Positions 25,090 to 38,785 are shown, counted from the first letter of the stretch. The stretch: DNA of 64,000 nucleotides from Phoronis australis (GCA_002633005.1 NMRA01000718.1:27565-91564), one strand, 5' to 3'. Made by a program: numbers and translations. Notes: generated from the letters alone by a model not told the origin.

Positions 25090-26484
25090 AGGCGAAGGCA
25101 ACCTTTTTCCATGTCATTTTGAGCTAAAATAAGGTTGGTTGGTTATCCTAGACATATTTTTCACTTAATTACAGCTTTTCGTAATTTTATTAATTATTCG
25201 TCCGCTTTTCCGGAAGTGACGTTTTAGGAGGCAAGCGCTTCCCGCCAATTTCTTTTCACATAGTCTGACTGTGAGAGCTGCCGAGTCAGTCATTGTTCTA
25301 CCTCGGTTGTGTTAAGTTCCGTCGTCGTTCGCTTTCATTTACTAGTCAGTCAACATGCCACACTGTTGCTGCGTACCGGGATGTAGTAATTATCGGCTCA
25401 CGCGCGCTTTNNNNNNNNNNNNNNNNNNNNNNNNNNNNNNNNNNNNNNNNNNNNNNNNNNNNNNNNNNNNNNNNNNNNNNNNNNNNNNNNNNNNNNNNNN
25501 NNNNNNNNNNNNNNNNNNNNNNNNNNNNNNNNNNNNNNNNNNNNNNNNNNNNNNNNNNNNNNNNNNNNNNNNNNNNNNNNNNNNNNNNNNNNNNNNNNNN
25601 NNNNNNNNNNNNNNNNNNNNNNNNNNNNNNNNNNNNNNNNNNNNNNNNNNNNNNNNNNNNNNNNNNNNNNNNNNNNNNNNNNNNNNNNNNNNNNNNNNNN
25701 NNNNNNNNNNNNNNNNNNNNNNNNNNNNNNNNNNNNNNNNNNNNNNNNNNNNNNNNNNNNNNNNNNNNNNNNNNNNNNNNNNNNNNNNNNNNNNNNNNNN
25801 NNNNNNNNNNNNNNNNNNNNNNNNNNNNNNNNNNNNNNNNNNNNNNNNNNNNNNNNNNNNNNNNNNNNNNNNNNNNNNNNNNNNNNNNNNNNNNNNNNNN
25901 NNNNNNNNNNNNNNNNNNNNNNNNNNNNNNNNNNNNNNNNNNNNNNNNNNNNNNNNNNNNNNNNNNNNNNNNNNNNNNNNNNNNNNNNNNNNNNNNNNNN
26001 NNNNNNNNNNNNNNNNNNNNNNNNNNNNNNNNNNNNNNNNNNNNNNNNNNNNNNNNNNNNNNNNNNNNNNNNNNNNNNNNNNNNNNNNNNNNNNNNNNNN
26101 NNNNNNNNNNNNNNNNNNNNNNNNNNNNNNNGGTCACCGACTCCAGCCATTTTCAGCTTACAACACACTAAACAATCCCTAAATCCAACGCAGTTGAGTT
26201 CTCTACTAACCTATCTTGCCGCAGAATACTCGCCGATGGAAAGTGGTGGCGACAATTGGTGAAAAATAGCACAAAACAAAAGTAGAATAGAACAGATTCG
26301 CACAGTAAGCTCAACGCAAAACCAAGTGGCGGGAAGCGCTTGCCTCCTAAAACGTCACTTCCGGAAAAGCGGACGAGTAATTAATAAAATTACGAAAAGC
26401 TGTAATTAAGTGAAAAATATGTCTAGGATAACCAACCAACCTTATTTTACCTCAAAATGACATGGAAAAAGGTTGCCTTCGCCT
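25090..26484 (+). mobile_element. Kolobok-type non-autonomous element, copy 2 (both ends intact, centre in a gap)
   Basis: TTAA TSD at 25086-25089 and 26485-26488. The ~158-bp TIRs differ at about 2 positions. THAP start MPHCCCVPGCSNYRLTRA at 25355 (+); KolX-like start MAGVGD at 26150 (-). Confidence 0.92.
25210..25222 (+). promoter_or_regulatory. ETS/CRE-like composite motif CCGGAAGTGACGT inside the TIR (mirror copy at 26352-26364)
   Basis: The motif is seen in both TIRs, upstream of each convergent ATG. Promoter function is inferred only. Confidence 0.35.
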
Positions 26485-27091
26485 TTAAGATAGACCTGCT
26501 GCTAACCACGTTTACGCTGTTGTCTGAATCAAATTGTTTCTAGAAGGAGAAGTTTTACAACTTTCGTTTCAAGCTAGATGTGCTTGGACTTAGATCGTTT
26601 AGCGATTATCATTCAGCGACACTGACTGAATTAAATGAATGTTACAATCTTTTTAATCAACATTTTTCAGCTTAAACTGCTTCCCCATCGTCCGAATTCA
26701 ATTATTACTACTAAATGAGTGTGTAAAACACAAAGAATATGGTAATAGACTTTATGGAAGCAGCGAGGTACAATACGGGTGACCTGTGTAAATGCAGAAA
26801 TCATGTCATGTTGAAAACGAATTGCTCTCTGCATAGAAGTAAACTGGTGCTCCTTGTTCAATTTGCTTTGGTTCGTGAAAAGATCCCACGTTGACACTAT
26901 CATCGGTCGAATTTGGACCACTCCGCGACCGGTTTGCGTATAGACCGGCAGTCAAGAGCGCTAAGCATAGACGAACGAAGTATCAACGTTTTTCCACAGG
27001 AGCACTTAGAGTGCAAGTCAGTTTATACAGAAATGGACGTCTGCGGTTGTCTGCACTCTGGGGACCTTGCGAGAGGGCCAAAAATGAGCTA

Positions 27092-27680
27092 GATTGGATA
27101 TTCGAGGTACAGGCCAAAACTGATTTAAAACGAGCAATAGTATCGCACTGAACACCGAATGACCCATGACAGACAGATTGCACTATGGAATGGGTACGCC
27201 AGAAACTAAAAAGCCCCCTCTCCCAAAAATGAGATAGCTCATACATTCGAGGCACCACAAAAACTAATTCCATGTGATTCAATCATGTCATTGATCGCAA
27301 ATTGCCCCATGGCAGACAAAATACACTCTGGTTTGTGTCCGCCAGAAACCCCCCAAAATGTCAACAACGGTATGCCATTGAAGTTAGATATTCGAGGTAT
27401 CAGCTAGAACTGATTTAAAACCAACAATGGTACCGCACTGAACACCGAAGGACCCATGGCCATGCCATTGAAAGTTTGAGCTACATTCAAAGTTAGATAT
27501 TCGAGGTACCGGCTAAAACTGACTTAAAGCCAACCATCGTGCGGCAATGAACACCGGATGACCCATGACACAAATTGTCGTCTGGAAAGGGTCCGCCAGA
27601 AACTCAAGAACGACACCCGAAAAGGAGCTTGTTACTATACTAGAGGTACAACAATAAACATTTCCATGTGATTCAAACAG
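27092..27680 (+). repeat. Three diverged direct repeats of a ~80-190-bp block
   Basis: GATATTCGAGGTA..AACTGA(T/C)TTAAA..ACTGAACACCG..GACCCATG at about 27097, 27387 and 27496. Confidence 0.8.
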
Positions 27681-27994
27681 AAGTTATTAATTACTAAATA
27701 GCCGAGAACATATCTGATAACACCAAAACTTTGAGATACAAGGAACTGACAAAAACCATGCCTTTAAGTGTTGATTAAGATCGCAGCTAGTGCAGTAGTG
27801 ATGAGCTATCGAAAGTGCCAGCAGGAAAGATACTTCAGCGACATCACAAGACCCCTAAATTTCCGTTAGATAGAGGAACCTTTCCTTACACTGACTACTT
27901 AACAATGCTTTTTAAAGGAAAACAATAGACGTGATTTTAATAACCTTCTTTAATCAAAATAAAATAGAAATTGTCATCACAACGTTTTCAAACA

Positions 27995-28290
27995 GCCACC
28001 CAACAATAACATCCGTGTCAGAGGCCCTGATCAATGCTTTGCCATTTGAGTTAGCTAAGTGGAAGACAAGAAGCCTGTCTATCTCCTCATGGGAACCTTG
28101 AGAAGCCAGTGGATGATCAGCTGCCATGGTACCACTGTAAGAAAGGCGAATCCAGTTGTCGGCATGTGAGAGAACAAGCGTTTTCTCCCCAAGAAATGGT
28201 CCGTATTAGGTCTTTCTGTATTCTTGTAGGACTAAGGAATGTTGCCAAACTGTTTATAAAATGTCCCGTTCCTCATACCAAGAGTTTTTG
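27995..28290 (-). pseudogene. Academ-like transposase fragment (XPG/PIN-like nuclease region)
   Basis: The minus frame reads ..GEKTLVLSHADNWIRL..QGSHEEIDRLLVFHLANSNGKALIRASDTDVIV, matching the HEEADT...DTDV motif pair. It has an internal stop and is missing from the ORF track. Confidence 0.7.
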
Positions 28291-31200
28291 AACAAGACAT
28301 TTTGGGTGTTAAAATCGTGTTGCGGTGTTTACGGAAAGAAATGTCCTAAATGATAATTTTAGGCACAAAAATCAAGTGTGTTTAGAAGTAACTTCGTTTA
28401 TTCTGTAATATTTATCTATGAATATTGTTATCTGTAGCACTTAACTACATCCGTAAAATAAAATTTTAAATTGTAAAAGAACGCAATCGAGTTATTTGTG
28501 TTGCTGACAGCGTACAGTATATTTGCCAATTGCCCCGCTCTTTGCGGACTGTCCCACTCCTTTTTGGATTTTATCAGCCATTCAGCCACACCACATTAAA
28601 ATGTCCCGCGTTTTGACGAATGGCCAGATTGGCATACTATCATATATTATCGTGATTTCCCTTGCGACATAGCCATATTTTCGTGCTCGATTAAAATGAA
28701 AAAACGGGATACTTTCGATAGTTCATTATGCTACACTCGCTGCGGTCTTAATCATCACTCAATGGGTTGGTTTTTCGACAGTTCCTGGTATCCGAAAGTT
28801 TTTTCATATATTTATTATCATTTATAAACAAGTACAAAAACAAACAAACAATGTACATCCATTCATTCACGCATGCACACCTCAGGAAAGACCATTCTCG
28901 TTTCTAGTGTAAAGTAAACAACTTCTACATGGACTTAACGTGAAAATAAAATTTTCCCATTTGTCAGAGAAGCTGTCATACACAAAATTTTGTGTGCAAT
29001 TAATTTTTCAGCATTATTGTACTCATAACTATATTTCTCCTACACACATGATAGTATGGCAATGAAATACGGGTCGTATTATGAGGTTTGATATCGAATA
29101 ACTACTTTTCCGTATTCAATGCACGTTGAATACGGATGCCTTCTTTCTCGCCAAATTTCACTCCTGAGCACGCAAAACACTACAGTTGGTAGAAACATGA
29201 TTATATATATATATATAGCATCCCTTTGGGTTCAGCTCCGTGCGCAATATTTCCACATGCCAATACTAGGATATGAGTTCTGAAAACTAAACAAAAATGT
29301 GAAATAAAAATATCGTTGACAATGTTTCTTAATATACCGTGAAATTTTGAACTTGAGTAGAATACTTAAATCACAAAAAGTCTCGAACTTGCCTCACTAT
29401 ATTTGGGATTAGGAAAGCAATATACATGTACATTACAAATGCATTGCCTTTTTGGTCACCTATTGCACTACACCAATTGAGGTTCTTTACGGTCAAATAT
29501 GAGTCAATTTTTAAATTCGTTCTCAAAACAATCAAAATACATCGAGCCCAAAAGCAAAACTGCAAATTCTGTTAACACTGTATTTTTGTCAATTTTACAA
29601 TAAATTTCGGAATACTTTCTACCTAAAAATGATAAGAACCGCGCGCAAGGAGTATTTTTAAGAAGCGTCTGAACGTGCATCAGCCACAACGTCTGGGTGT
29701 CCTGCGCAGATATTACTCAGCGAAGTCAAGAAAAATCTTCAGAAATGTAAGCAAGCTTTAACTTAGACATAGATTTAGCTCAAACTCTGACGAAAATACC
29801 GAAAATAGCAGATATGCACCCCAAGCCTGTAGCTGCTGTAAAATACAACTTGAACTGCCGTGTCATGCAAGCTGCAAAAAATCGTTCATAAGAATATTGT
29901 GTGAACGTATACGTGTCATGCGACCTGCGATCATCATACCCAGGACTAGCCACGTTCAATTTCTTCCTATTTCAAACGAGGTTCTCATATTAATATGTTT
30001 TACTTCCTTCTACGTTCAGGCAATTAACGGTGAACTCTATTTGATCCTGGCTATTGCAGCCGAGGAACGAATATGATAAAAATTAGTTTCAACATTTATT
30101 GTTTTGTTAATGAATGACGACAACAACTTAACGGCGTACTTTGACGCCATTCACGTCTAAATACCTACTGTAAGAACAATTCTAGTTCAAGATACTATTT
30201 CCTTTTGATTTCAGTCAAAACAAAGTTTCACGACTGACAACTGATTTTCATTCAGAATGACATCAAATTATGAAAATGAATACAGAAACTTTCGAGATTA
30301 ATTTTGAAATTTCAGGTGAGCATAATGGTGCTGCTTAAATCAAAACGGAAACTATATATCTGAATTAACTTGTCAACTAATGCTGAAAGATCAGTTTTGT
30401 CTAGTTCTCTCTACTTTCAGTCAAGGGGAGCTTCACATACGCTTTTGTAACCATCTTAATAGTGCTATTTTATTGACGTTTTAAGATTTCGTTTTAAATC
30501 AATTTGAGCCTTTTTATCAACGAACCTTGGAAAGCATGTTGATCCATAGACTATTATGGTTGATCTTACTGCGCATCGATGTTACGACCGTGTATCATCC
30601 ATACTCTTCCTTACCCAGGAATGAATTATTATTGATACTGCCAGCGATCAAACAACCAAGTGATATGCCCACCAAGGGCAATCAAACGTACATGGCAGTT
30701 GCGATTGTTCTTTCTAAATAAGCTTAGCGTACACCGGCCTTAAAACTGGACACGACCAGTTGTAAAAAAGGTTAGGCCTACAACTGAGAGCAACTGACGT
30801 AAACTGATCGATTTGCAAGTTTGGCCGATGTGCGTCTTCTTAGCAGCTGATCGCTCGGTTGCGGTCAGTTGCACATGTTCTACTTTCTCGCAACTAGTTC
30901 CACTCAGTTTCACTAGTCTACCCCGATGTACGCCTCGCTGCAACAAGTGGTGGCCTTTTAACGACCATGTGATGGTCACGTGACTTAATTTTACACTAAA
31001 ACAACAAATTGCTAACGCTCAAAGCCATCGTTATCGTGTGATGTCTATTGCTTGGACCGATTCTGCGGATGATGCTCTCGTTGAAATGTGCCTATTTACT
31101 CAAAATTTGATTTAAGGATTGTATTAAAAGAACACTGATCAATTGCATAAAAAGGAATGCTGATGGAAAGTTTAACTACCCAAATATCTAAGTTACAGTG

Positions 31201-34200
31201 GCAAATACACACAATTAAAAATACACACAAATCTGTATGTAAGTCACGTGATTACAAGTGCCTCCTAGCGTACTCTTCAATGGTTACAACTCAGTCACTG
31301 CCAGTCGCTTTCGATGATTGCGCAAAAGAAACTGGGGGTACCTCGGACTGCCTAGTTTCTCACAATGGCGGTGTACGCGTGGTTAGAAACTGACATGTGC
31401 GGAGTCTGCCAGTTGCCTTGTCGATGTACATTTAGCTTAAAGCGATGAGTGCCTGACTGGAGAAGTGGTCAGAACCGATGCTTCCATCTCATTTGTCGGC
31501 TAAGAAATTTGACTTTGATTGACATTCAAAAAGATCTGCTTTGTCCTCCCTTGTTCGCCGATCAAACCTGTGCAAAGTAGTAAACTCAAAGTCAAATAAA
31601 GAGGACACAAATAGAAAATAAGTAAGGTCTATTTGGAATAAAACAATAGCGGTTCATTTTCCAGAACTGAAATTCTGAACCAATTTTAATCAACTTAAAA
31701 AATCGATAAAATACCAGTAAAACAGTTTGTGGTTGAGCTACAATTGTTGTAAACCACTTTCCATTACTTTCTTGGCCTTTTTCTGCGTGGTTTTCTGTTC
31801 TTTCAAAAGACGGCAGCATATGACGACCATAGGAGTCATTATAAAATGGCTGCCCAAAAGCAATGCACAGTTGAAACAACTCGGCATAAGTAAAAGAAAA
31901 CTTTTGAATCAACGAATACTATATATTTGTGAGAGTTAAATCAAATCCTATTCAGAGCATAACTTTGAAGTGGAATAATTGGGTGAGTACGAAAACAAGC
32001 CGGTTTTATGCTTAGGCGGACGAACATTGGGTTCCCGAGTGTACTATCGTCCCTGCATGCCTGCGGCATTCAGGCCTAGTCCGGGTCGAGTTCCAATTTA
32101 AGTCCGTTCACAGCTTCGCACAACATAACAAGTTCATATTTTCTTCGTCCATTCATAGTTATTCCAAGATCCATCTACCATCTCTGTTGTGTTAACGTTT
32201 TAAGCGTAAAATTCTCCATAAGAACTCCAGTAAGATTTAGCGTGTGTAGCAAAGGCTCGGGGCAAAACAAGGGCAATATGGGGGGTTTTGCCCTACTTCC
32301 GGTGACGTCACATCGAATGACTAGAAACTCGCAAGTGAACTATTGCGTTTCGAACAAAAAATCGATTTGGCCTTGTCATAAACGGACCATAGTTCGCATG
32401 CAATGAACTGCAACAGTAATCTGGTTGTTCCATGAACGCAAGATGTTAGCGATTATTCAGTACCTAGTCACACCGCTGACGACTCAGTCAAATGTCTTTC
32501 CTCGAGTTCTTCCGAGTCACTCGTTTGACACGTACCAAATTAAATTACGCGGGTGAGAACAACGAATAACAAATTGAATTGTTGTGTAGAACGTTCAATG
32601 TTGTGCAAAATTCAATAGCAGCCATACAATTAGGACGCCGAGTGTTTTGCCAGCATGGTTTCATGATTGCGCAGACACGAGTGTTTGTGGATTTCAGGAG
32701 ATGGGTCGTAAAGCAACTTGTATGTCAAGAAGTTATCATAAAAGTAGACATAAGTAAAGTGATTTATATCGATTTCGGGCAAGTAACAATGCATAAACTG
32801 TCTCTAATGATGGCGTTCCTGAGAGATTTCCGTTTTCAAAATGTCCTCTTGTGTCTCAATCAACACAAAGGCACGTTATTGTGTTTATCTAAGCCGGTAG
32901 AACTTGTCTTGCTCACGGGCGTACATGTACCTACAATAGGCCAATATCGGGAATTTTAGTACCTGTGCTTCGCTAAAAGCGTTAATGGTTACAGTTTCGA
33001 ATTTTCTCACATTACTACACATTTTCTGTCTCTTTTCTAACACCGATTTTATAACAGAAATCGGAAAATTAATTCGTTCTACTAAATGGAGTCCTTTTGC
33101 ATTTTTTACTAGTACTTAGATTTAATTTTCCACGTGCCGGTGTGTAGTTGCGGAGATTCCTGGTACGCAAATACGCAATCCAAAGTGTTTCCAAAAATGC
33201 ACAAAACGGCAACCTTCACCCCATATTTCATACGACTAAATGCAAAACGAACCAATATACAATATAAACCGACTGTGGTGGGGCATATGCTAAGCGGAAA
33301 TTTACGTGATCTTGTGAAACTCGCAACGTGTCGTTATTACGTACTCTCGTCAGACACTACGGTCTCATGAAGCCACGTGACGTAGGCTGCGTGATCTCCA
33401 TGCCTCCTCATCAGCACCAACGGGAACACCAATGATGAGAATTTGTCACGGTCATTTAACTCAGTTAGTAAATTTGAGCAGCTGTTAAATGTTTTTTTTC
33501 AAGTCAAACGTGATTGATAAGGTCACGACGACTCCGTAAACAACAACAGTGACAAGAACAATAATAATGGTAATAACATAATACAACAGTAATAACAATG
33601 TAATTTCTATTCATTTTACTGTGACTACCGTTGTTGTTTGTCTTGTTCGCGTTGTTATTAATATTAAGGAGCATATCCTGTGATGCTTTTTCTCTTTGTT
33701 ATTCGAATTCAATTCATTAGTCGTTGTGTGCTCTCAGCAGCGGGCGACATTGAATAGATTGCTTTGAAATTACCACATAATTGGCGTAACGATGAAAGAC
33801 ATATGGCAGCCGACGGAAGATAAGATTTTTTACGAACGGTGGTGAAAGACGAATACCTCATATGATAACCGTTACTGAACATTGAGCTCCAATTACGGAG
33901 TCCAGTGACGCAAGAATTTGACAAAAAGCAAGAGCACACAAAAGCGCGCCAGTGAAAGGCGGGTACGTGTTTCGCGAGTATGTTCGGCGGGGAGCTTTCT
34001 GGCGTAACCCAGCAAAATATTACTGGATAGAATTCATTGCTTCTGTTCTATGGAAGATCTGGCGCGACAAATGCAAAGCTAATGTCTGGGGTCTACGGAA
34101 CTCATCCCAACTCACCGGAGTGAACCGATGTATTCATTGCAAAGCAATTTAAGTCCACTTTAATCGGCATTCATGTTTGAACGTTTAAGTTGTAAATTGA

Positions 34201-35352
34201 AGGAAGGGCAATGTAGACACAGTCCCTTGGTGCAAACTTCTGACATTTTTTTCAACTCTTCACATAGTTGCCGTTCTCGCTGAGAAGCTTTTTGAAGATA
34301 AATATAGGTCATCGCTACTTCGTCTTCTATTCCTCGACGAATAAGTTCGTAATCGCTGCTATGACGGTTGTCAAGACAGTGTTGAGTTGTAACAAAGATA
34401 CTATATCCCACTTAGGTATCTATAAAATCTTTGGTTGTAATACACGACTGGTTTCATACTGGTTTGCCAGAGATACGTTCCGAGTTGGGGAGACCACGCT
34501 GTCGTCTTCATGGGATATTACCTCGTACGTGAGCATGTAATTAAAAATAAATTAGGTTCTTCCATTTCCCTTGTGCGCAATTTGTTTTGAGTTGTCTTAA
34601 ATTGCATTGTGTACATAAACCCATCATAACAATGGTCTCGTAACGGCATATAAGGGTTTCATAATTGGTTATTCAACGAAAGCCTTTGTCTGCAAAGAAC
34701 ATGCACTTAAATAAAAATAGGGTACCGAAAAATGAGGGTTGAATTACTGGCGCGCAATGGTTATCGTATTAGAATTTTATGAAGTACGTGATGCCCGCAC
34801 TTCACTTGATGTTGCTGCGATCTCTCAATCTCTCGTGAGTTCAAGTGTTTCAAGCGAGTTTGAATGAGGGTTGCAATCAATCACGACGCTATAACTGTGT
34901 GGCTGGCGAGTTCACGTGTCTCGAAAAAATTCCCCCCTCTCGACGAAGTTACAAAGCATTCGATATGATTGAAAACGTCCCGGCTTTTCCGTGTGGCAGA
35001 CATTCCCATTGGACGGAGTCGAATCGTCTTGAAAAATGTCGGCATTGTCTTTTGTATTTGTCACTCATGCTATCACTGACGTATTGAAATCGCATGGTTT
35101 TCGTTTAATTTTGCTTCGAGCCAATCCACTTTTAACTGAGGTTTTTGTATTTCCTTTCAGTCCTCTATATTGTTTTTAATAATACCATGACGTATGCAAC
35201 GATGCCAACAAATCACGTGACCCCCGTATAAGTCATGTTGTGCCATTTCAAATGTTCGTATATGAGCTCGCACTTTTGTTTTCAGTTATGAACGCGTTAT
35301 CGTCACTGCAGCAGTCTTACTAACTTATGCAAGAAAACTGACTAAACGTGAG

Positions 35353-35582
35353 ATGCTGACGCGCTGTTCAGCGGGTTTCAACGTTTCTCGCAGACTGTTC
35401 AAGCTTTCATGGTGTCTGCTGGTGATTTCAATCGTTAAAGTAGGAGCGTCGTCATTTAATCGCAAAATAAAGTGTCGTGATAGTCTGGCTACATTCAACG
35501 ACTTAGAAGTAACATGTTCAAATTTAACGGAAGAAGAGTCGGAAGATTTACTAGAAGGACTTCCCAACAGCACAATGGAACT
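35353..35582 (+). CDS. LRR-containing secreted or cell-surface protein, first coding exon (signal peptide plus LRR N-cap)
   Basis: MLTRC...LFKLSWCLLVISIVKVGA (hydrophobic) followed by C..LEVTCSNL....LLEGLPNSTMEL. Acceptor TTTTGTTTTCAG at 35285; strong phase-2 donor CT|GTAAGT. Confidence 0.8.
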
Positions 35583-36282
35583 GTAAGTCTAGAGTCGTTG
35601 TTGTCGAAGCTACGTATCTCTACATGTATGTTGTATTTGCAGGTCAGTAAATGAAATCTTTCAGTACGAGATGTGTTGGTTGTTATACGCGTAATTAACT
35701 GTATGAGCGTCTAAAGAACGTAATTTCCTATCTTCAGAGACGAAATTTTCTGGGAAAATGCTAAAATGATGTTAACTTTGAGAGCAACGAGAAAAAAATG
35801 CTCAGATGGTTTTAAGTTATGATAACAACGAAGTTGATCTGTTATTGAGAGTTGCTTAAGATGACTTTGTGAACGTGAAACTCGCCAGCTATTCTCCGGT
35901 CGTACAACAAACACACTACAGAGGCACAGCGATAGCTGTTGACCAAATAATGACCTATTCTTAACGTTAGTTTCTATGTGCCGTGTTCCCTTACCGCGTG
36001 TAGTCATGTCAACAAAATTTGGTGAATACGATAAACGATTTTCATCTTTGGTTAAAGTTTTATGTATATAGCATTTTTGCTGAGTTGAAAAGCGCAGGTA
36101 CATCTGCTTGAACACGGCTCACCTTTGTGTGATTTTGTCAGTTGCCTTTCCGGAAAATAGTTGTGATAGTAAATCTCCTACAGACGCATTAATTTTTCTT
36201 AAATTGATACTGCTTTCGAAGACCAAAATTAAACAAAAAAAGGTTTGCGACGCTAAAAATGCCTTGTTTGATCGCCAACGAG

Positions 36283-36495
36283 GACACTGTGCACTAGTTG
36301 GAGCCTTGCAGTGTTTACCCCCTCTACTTATTTAGACACTGTGCACTAGTTGGAGCCTTGCAGTGTTTACCCCCTCTACTTATTTAGACACTGTGCACTA
36401 GTTGGAGCCTTGCAGTGTTTACCCCCTCTACTTATTTAGACACTGTGCACTAGTTGGAGCCTTGCAGTGTTTACACGCTCTACTTATTTTGACAC
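36283..36495. repeat. 52-bp minisatellite, 4 units
   Basis: GACACTGTGCACTAGTTGGAGCCTTGCAGTGTTTACCCCCTCTACTTATTTA starting at 36283, 36335, 36387 and 36439. Confidence 0.95.
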
Positions 36496-38390
36496 CTACT
36501 CTCTCGTTTAAAAACTATAAGTATACCGAGGTTTGCTTAAGAGTATGAATATTACCCTGGGACATCCCGTTTCACTCACAGGAAGTGTCGAATGATTTGA
36601 TATGGCACAAAGTTGTGTCGTGAAATTATCGAGCTGAGTCTTCTTACTTTCTATTGTTGATCTCAGGTCAAAATAGAGGTCAGAAGTGTTAGTTCCAGTT
36701 TGACGAACCGCTTCAGTGTAAGTTAGAAATGAAGTGGTTATCATCACGCCTTGATTAGAATGATGAGAACTCTACAGGCAAGGAAATCTTCAGGACTAAG
36801 GTTTTCCGCTTCGGATTGTTATCGATGAAACTTAATCGAGTTTTAATTGAAGAAATCTTTCTTTGATTGAATGTCATTTTTTAGTAATTAGTTTCATTGA
36901 CATCTCATGTTACTTTTTATTTCATTAATTATGAGACAATGATGTTTTAAAAATTCTTTTCCCGCTTCATTTTGGTTAAAAACTTCATACAACGGTTTTT
37001 ACCGCGAGTTATTTCAACCGAAATTTAAAAAAAAAACGCTCATTAAACACAGGTCCAAATATTTTCAAGCTTAATTGAATTTAACGTCAATGCCGCCGTA
37101 TGTTGTGAGGTTTTTAGCGTAAGCCCCGCCCAATGATTAAAAATTTAAAAAAATAGTAAAATAGGACAAGCGCAAATAGGGCTGGACTTTACTAAAGATT
37201 TATATTTTTGTGACTTCTTTCGACTAACGAAACTCATCGTCTGCTCTTTTTTGGTGAAAGTTAAGGAGAGAGTGTCTTTAAGATAGTTGCCCTTAACTTT
37301 CAAATCACACTGGTTCGTATTCTTCTCTATGTAAAGCCTCTTGTGTATCAGGCGCAGATCGCAGATTCTGAGAGTTTACGTTACTATTTTAGTCTCAAAT
37401 GTACCGACGAAACTTCGGGTATCTGTACACTTAGTGACAAAGTATTCATTTTCAAACTGTCGATTGTCTAAAAGCTGTCAGCCAAACTACAAAAATAAGG
37501 AACAAGAATTTAAACATGAGTTCAATGACCAGTTCGCGGTCAATATTTTATGATAGATTTTAAAAACTGTACCGATTGTAAAACGCAGCGTGAATTATCG
37601 TACGACATTAATTGCGCAAGGGCAAATCGTTGTTAAGGTTTACAGCAAAGAGTCATCCCCACGTACACTTGTTGAGGAAAGTCAGTCTTTTGTAAATAAA
37701 CTACTAAAAAAAGTAACGCCTCCTTCAGTTTTTTGTTCATTAGTTGGACAGCAATGATTGTTTTTGAAAAATTCAAAAATGCACTGATAGTATAATTCAA
37801 GAGGCACATTCTCATGTAAAAGTTTATTACAAAAATCCATTTATGAAGCTTTTAAAGCGAGGTGTCTGAATCAAAGGTCGCAAAATGGAGATTCCGAAGA
37901 AATTTGGTTCGCACACGGATACAATGAAATGCAAATTTTACAAAAACTAGCGCATAGCGCTAGGATAGTATTGGGGTGCATGGATGAGCCTGTAGGTCTG
38001 TAAATGAAACTAAGAGCTTAATTGAGTATACTGCTTCTTGTATGGAGCTCCGACAGCTTGATGCCGGCTGATGGCGCAACGTTGAGCACCACTGAATGGA
38101 GTCAGTAGACAATAAAAGCATAACTTTAGTAGAGGTTACATAAGAAATCAGTCCATTTGTGTCAGTGTCCGTTTGTGCGTCAACCACGTCATGTATGGCC
38201 GAAAATGATAGACTTATGGATGTTGGTCAATTCGAATCGGGTGATATGCAAAGAGAGGTGGCCGACATCTTTGGTGTATCTGTCACTATAGTGAAACGCC
38301 TCCGTTACAAGTACCCAGCTTCTGGTACTGTCCATTACTCTCCACGGAATGGTCGTCTTCGCGCTACTGCACAAAACACGATACAGTCTG

Positions 38391-38550
38391 CAGGGGCGGA
38401 TCCAGGATTTTGAGTTAGGGGGGCCAGGACAGAGTATTATCAAGGATTTTGCCGTCAGACATTCGCACCCCAGAACTGCCTAATGGAATCAATGGGAGAA
38501 TTTTAGGGGGGGGGCATGGCCCCCTTGGCCCCCCTCTAAATCCGCCACTG
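38391..38550 (+). mobile_element. 160-bp hAT-like MITE inserted in the Tc1 transposase
   Basis: TIR CAGGGGCGGAT...ATCCGCCACTG, with GTCTG repeated on both flanks. Confidence 0.85.
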
Positions 38551-38561
38551 GTCTGTAGGTN

Positions 38562-38785
38562 GTGCTCGAAAAAGCCCCGTTTGACGAAGTGGGCAAAAAG
38601 GTCCGCTTCAGAGAAACAATAAGTCCGAGGAAACGAGACAAAAGTCTACTAAAAAGGCAGGAACTACCAAAATTCGGCGAACGCATAATTCACAGCGCTG
38701 AACATAGGCCTACCTCGTTTTTTGAGTAAACGGTCCACATTCCCAAAACTTCGAGCCCCCACTTTTTAGGCTGAGTGTGCGTATG
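38562..38785 (-). mobile_element. MITE (family of 52099-52342) nested in Tc1
   Basis: GGGCAAAAAGGTCCGCTTCAGAGAAACAA..GTCCGAG..AAACGAGACAAAAGTC is the reverse complement of 52230-52295. Ends CTGAGTGTGCGTATG. Confidence 0.75.

Noticed and set aside
25293-26182. Long ORFs running through N gaps (also 14089-14481, 40286-40960, 12349-12625)
   Set aside because: They are open only because N codons contain no stops.
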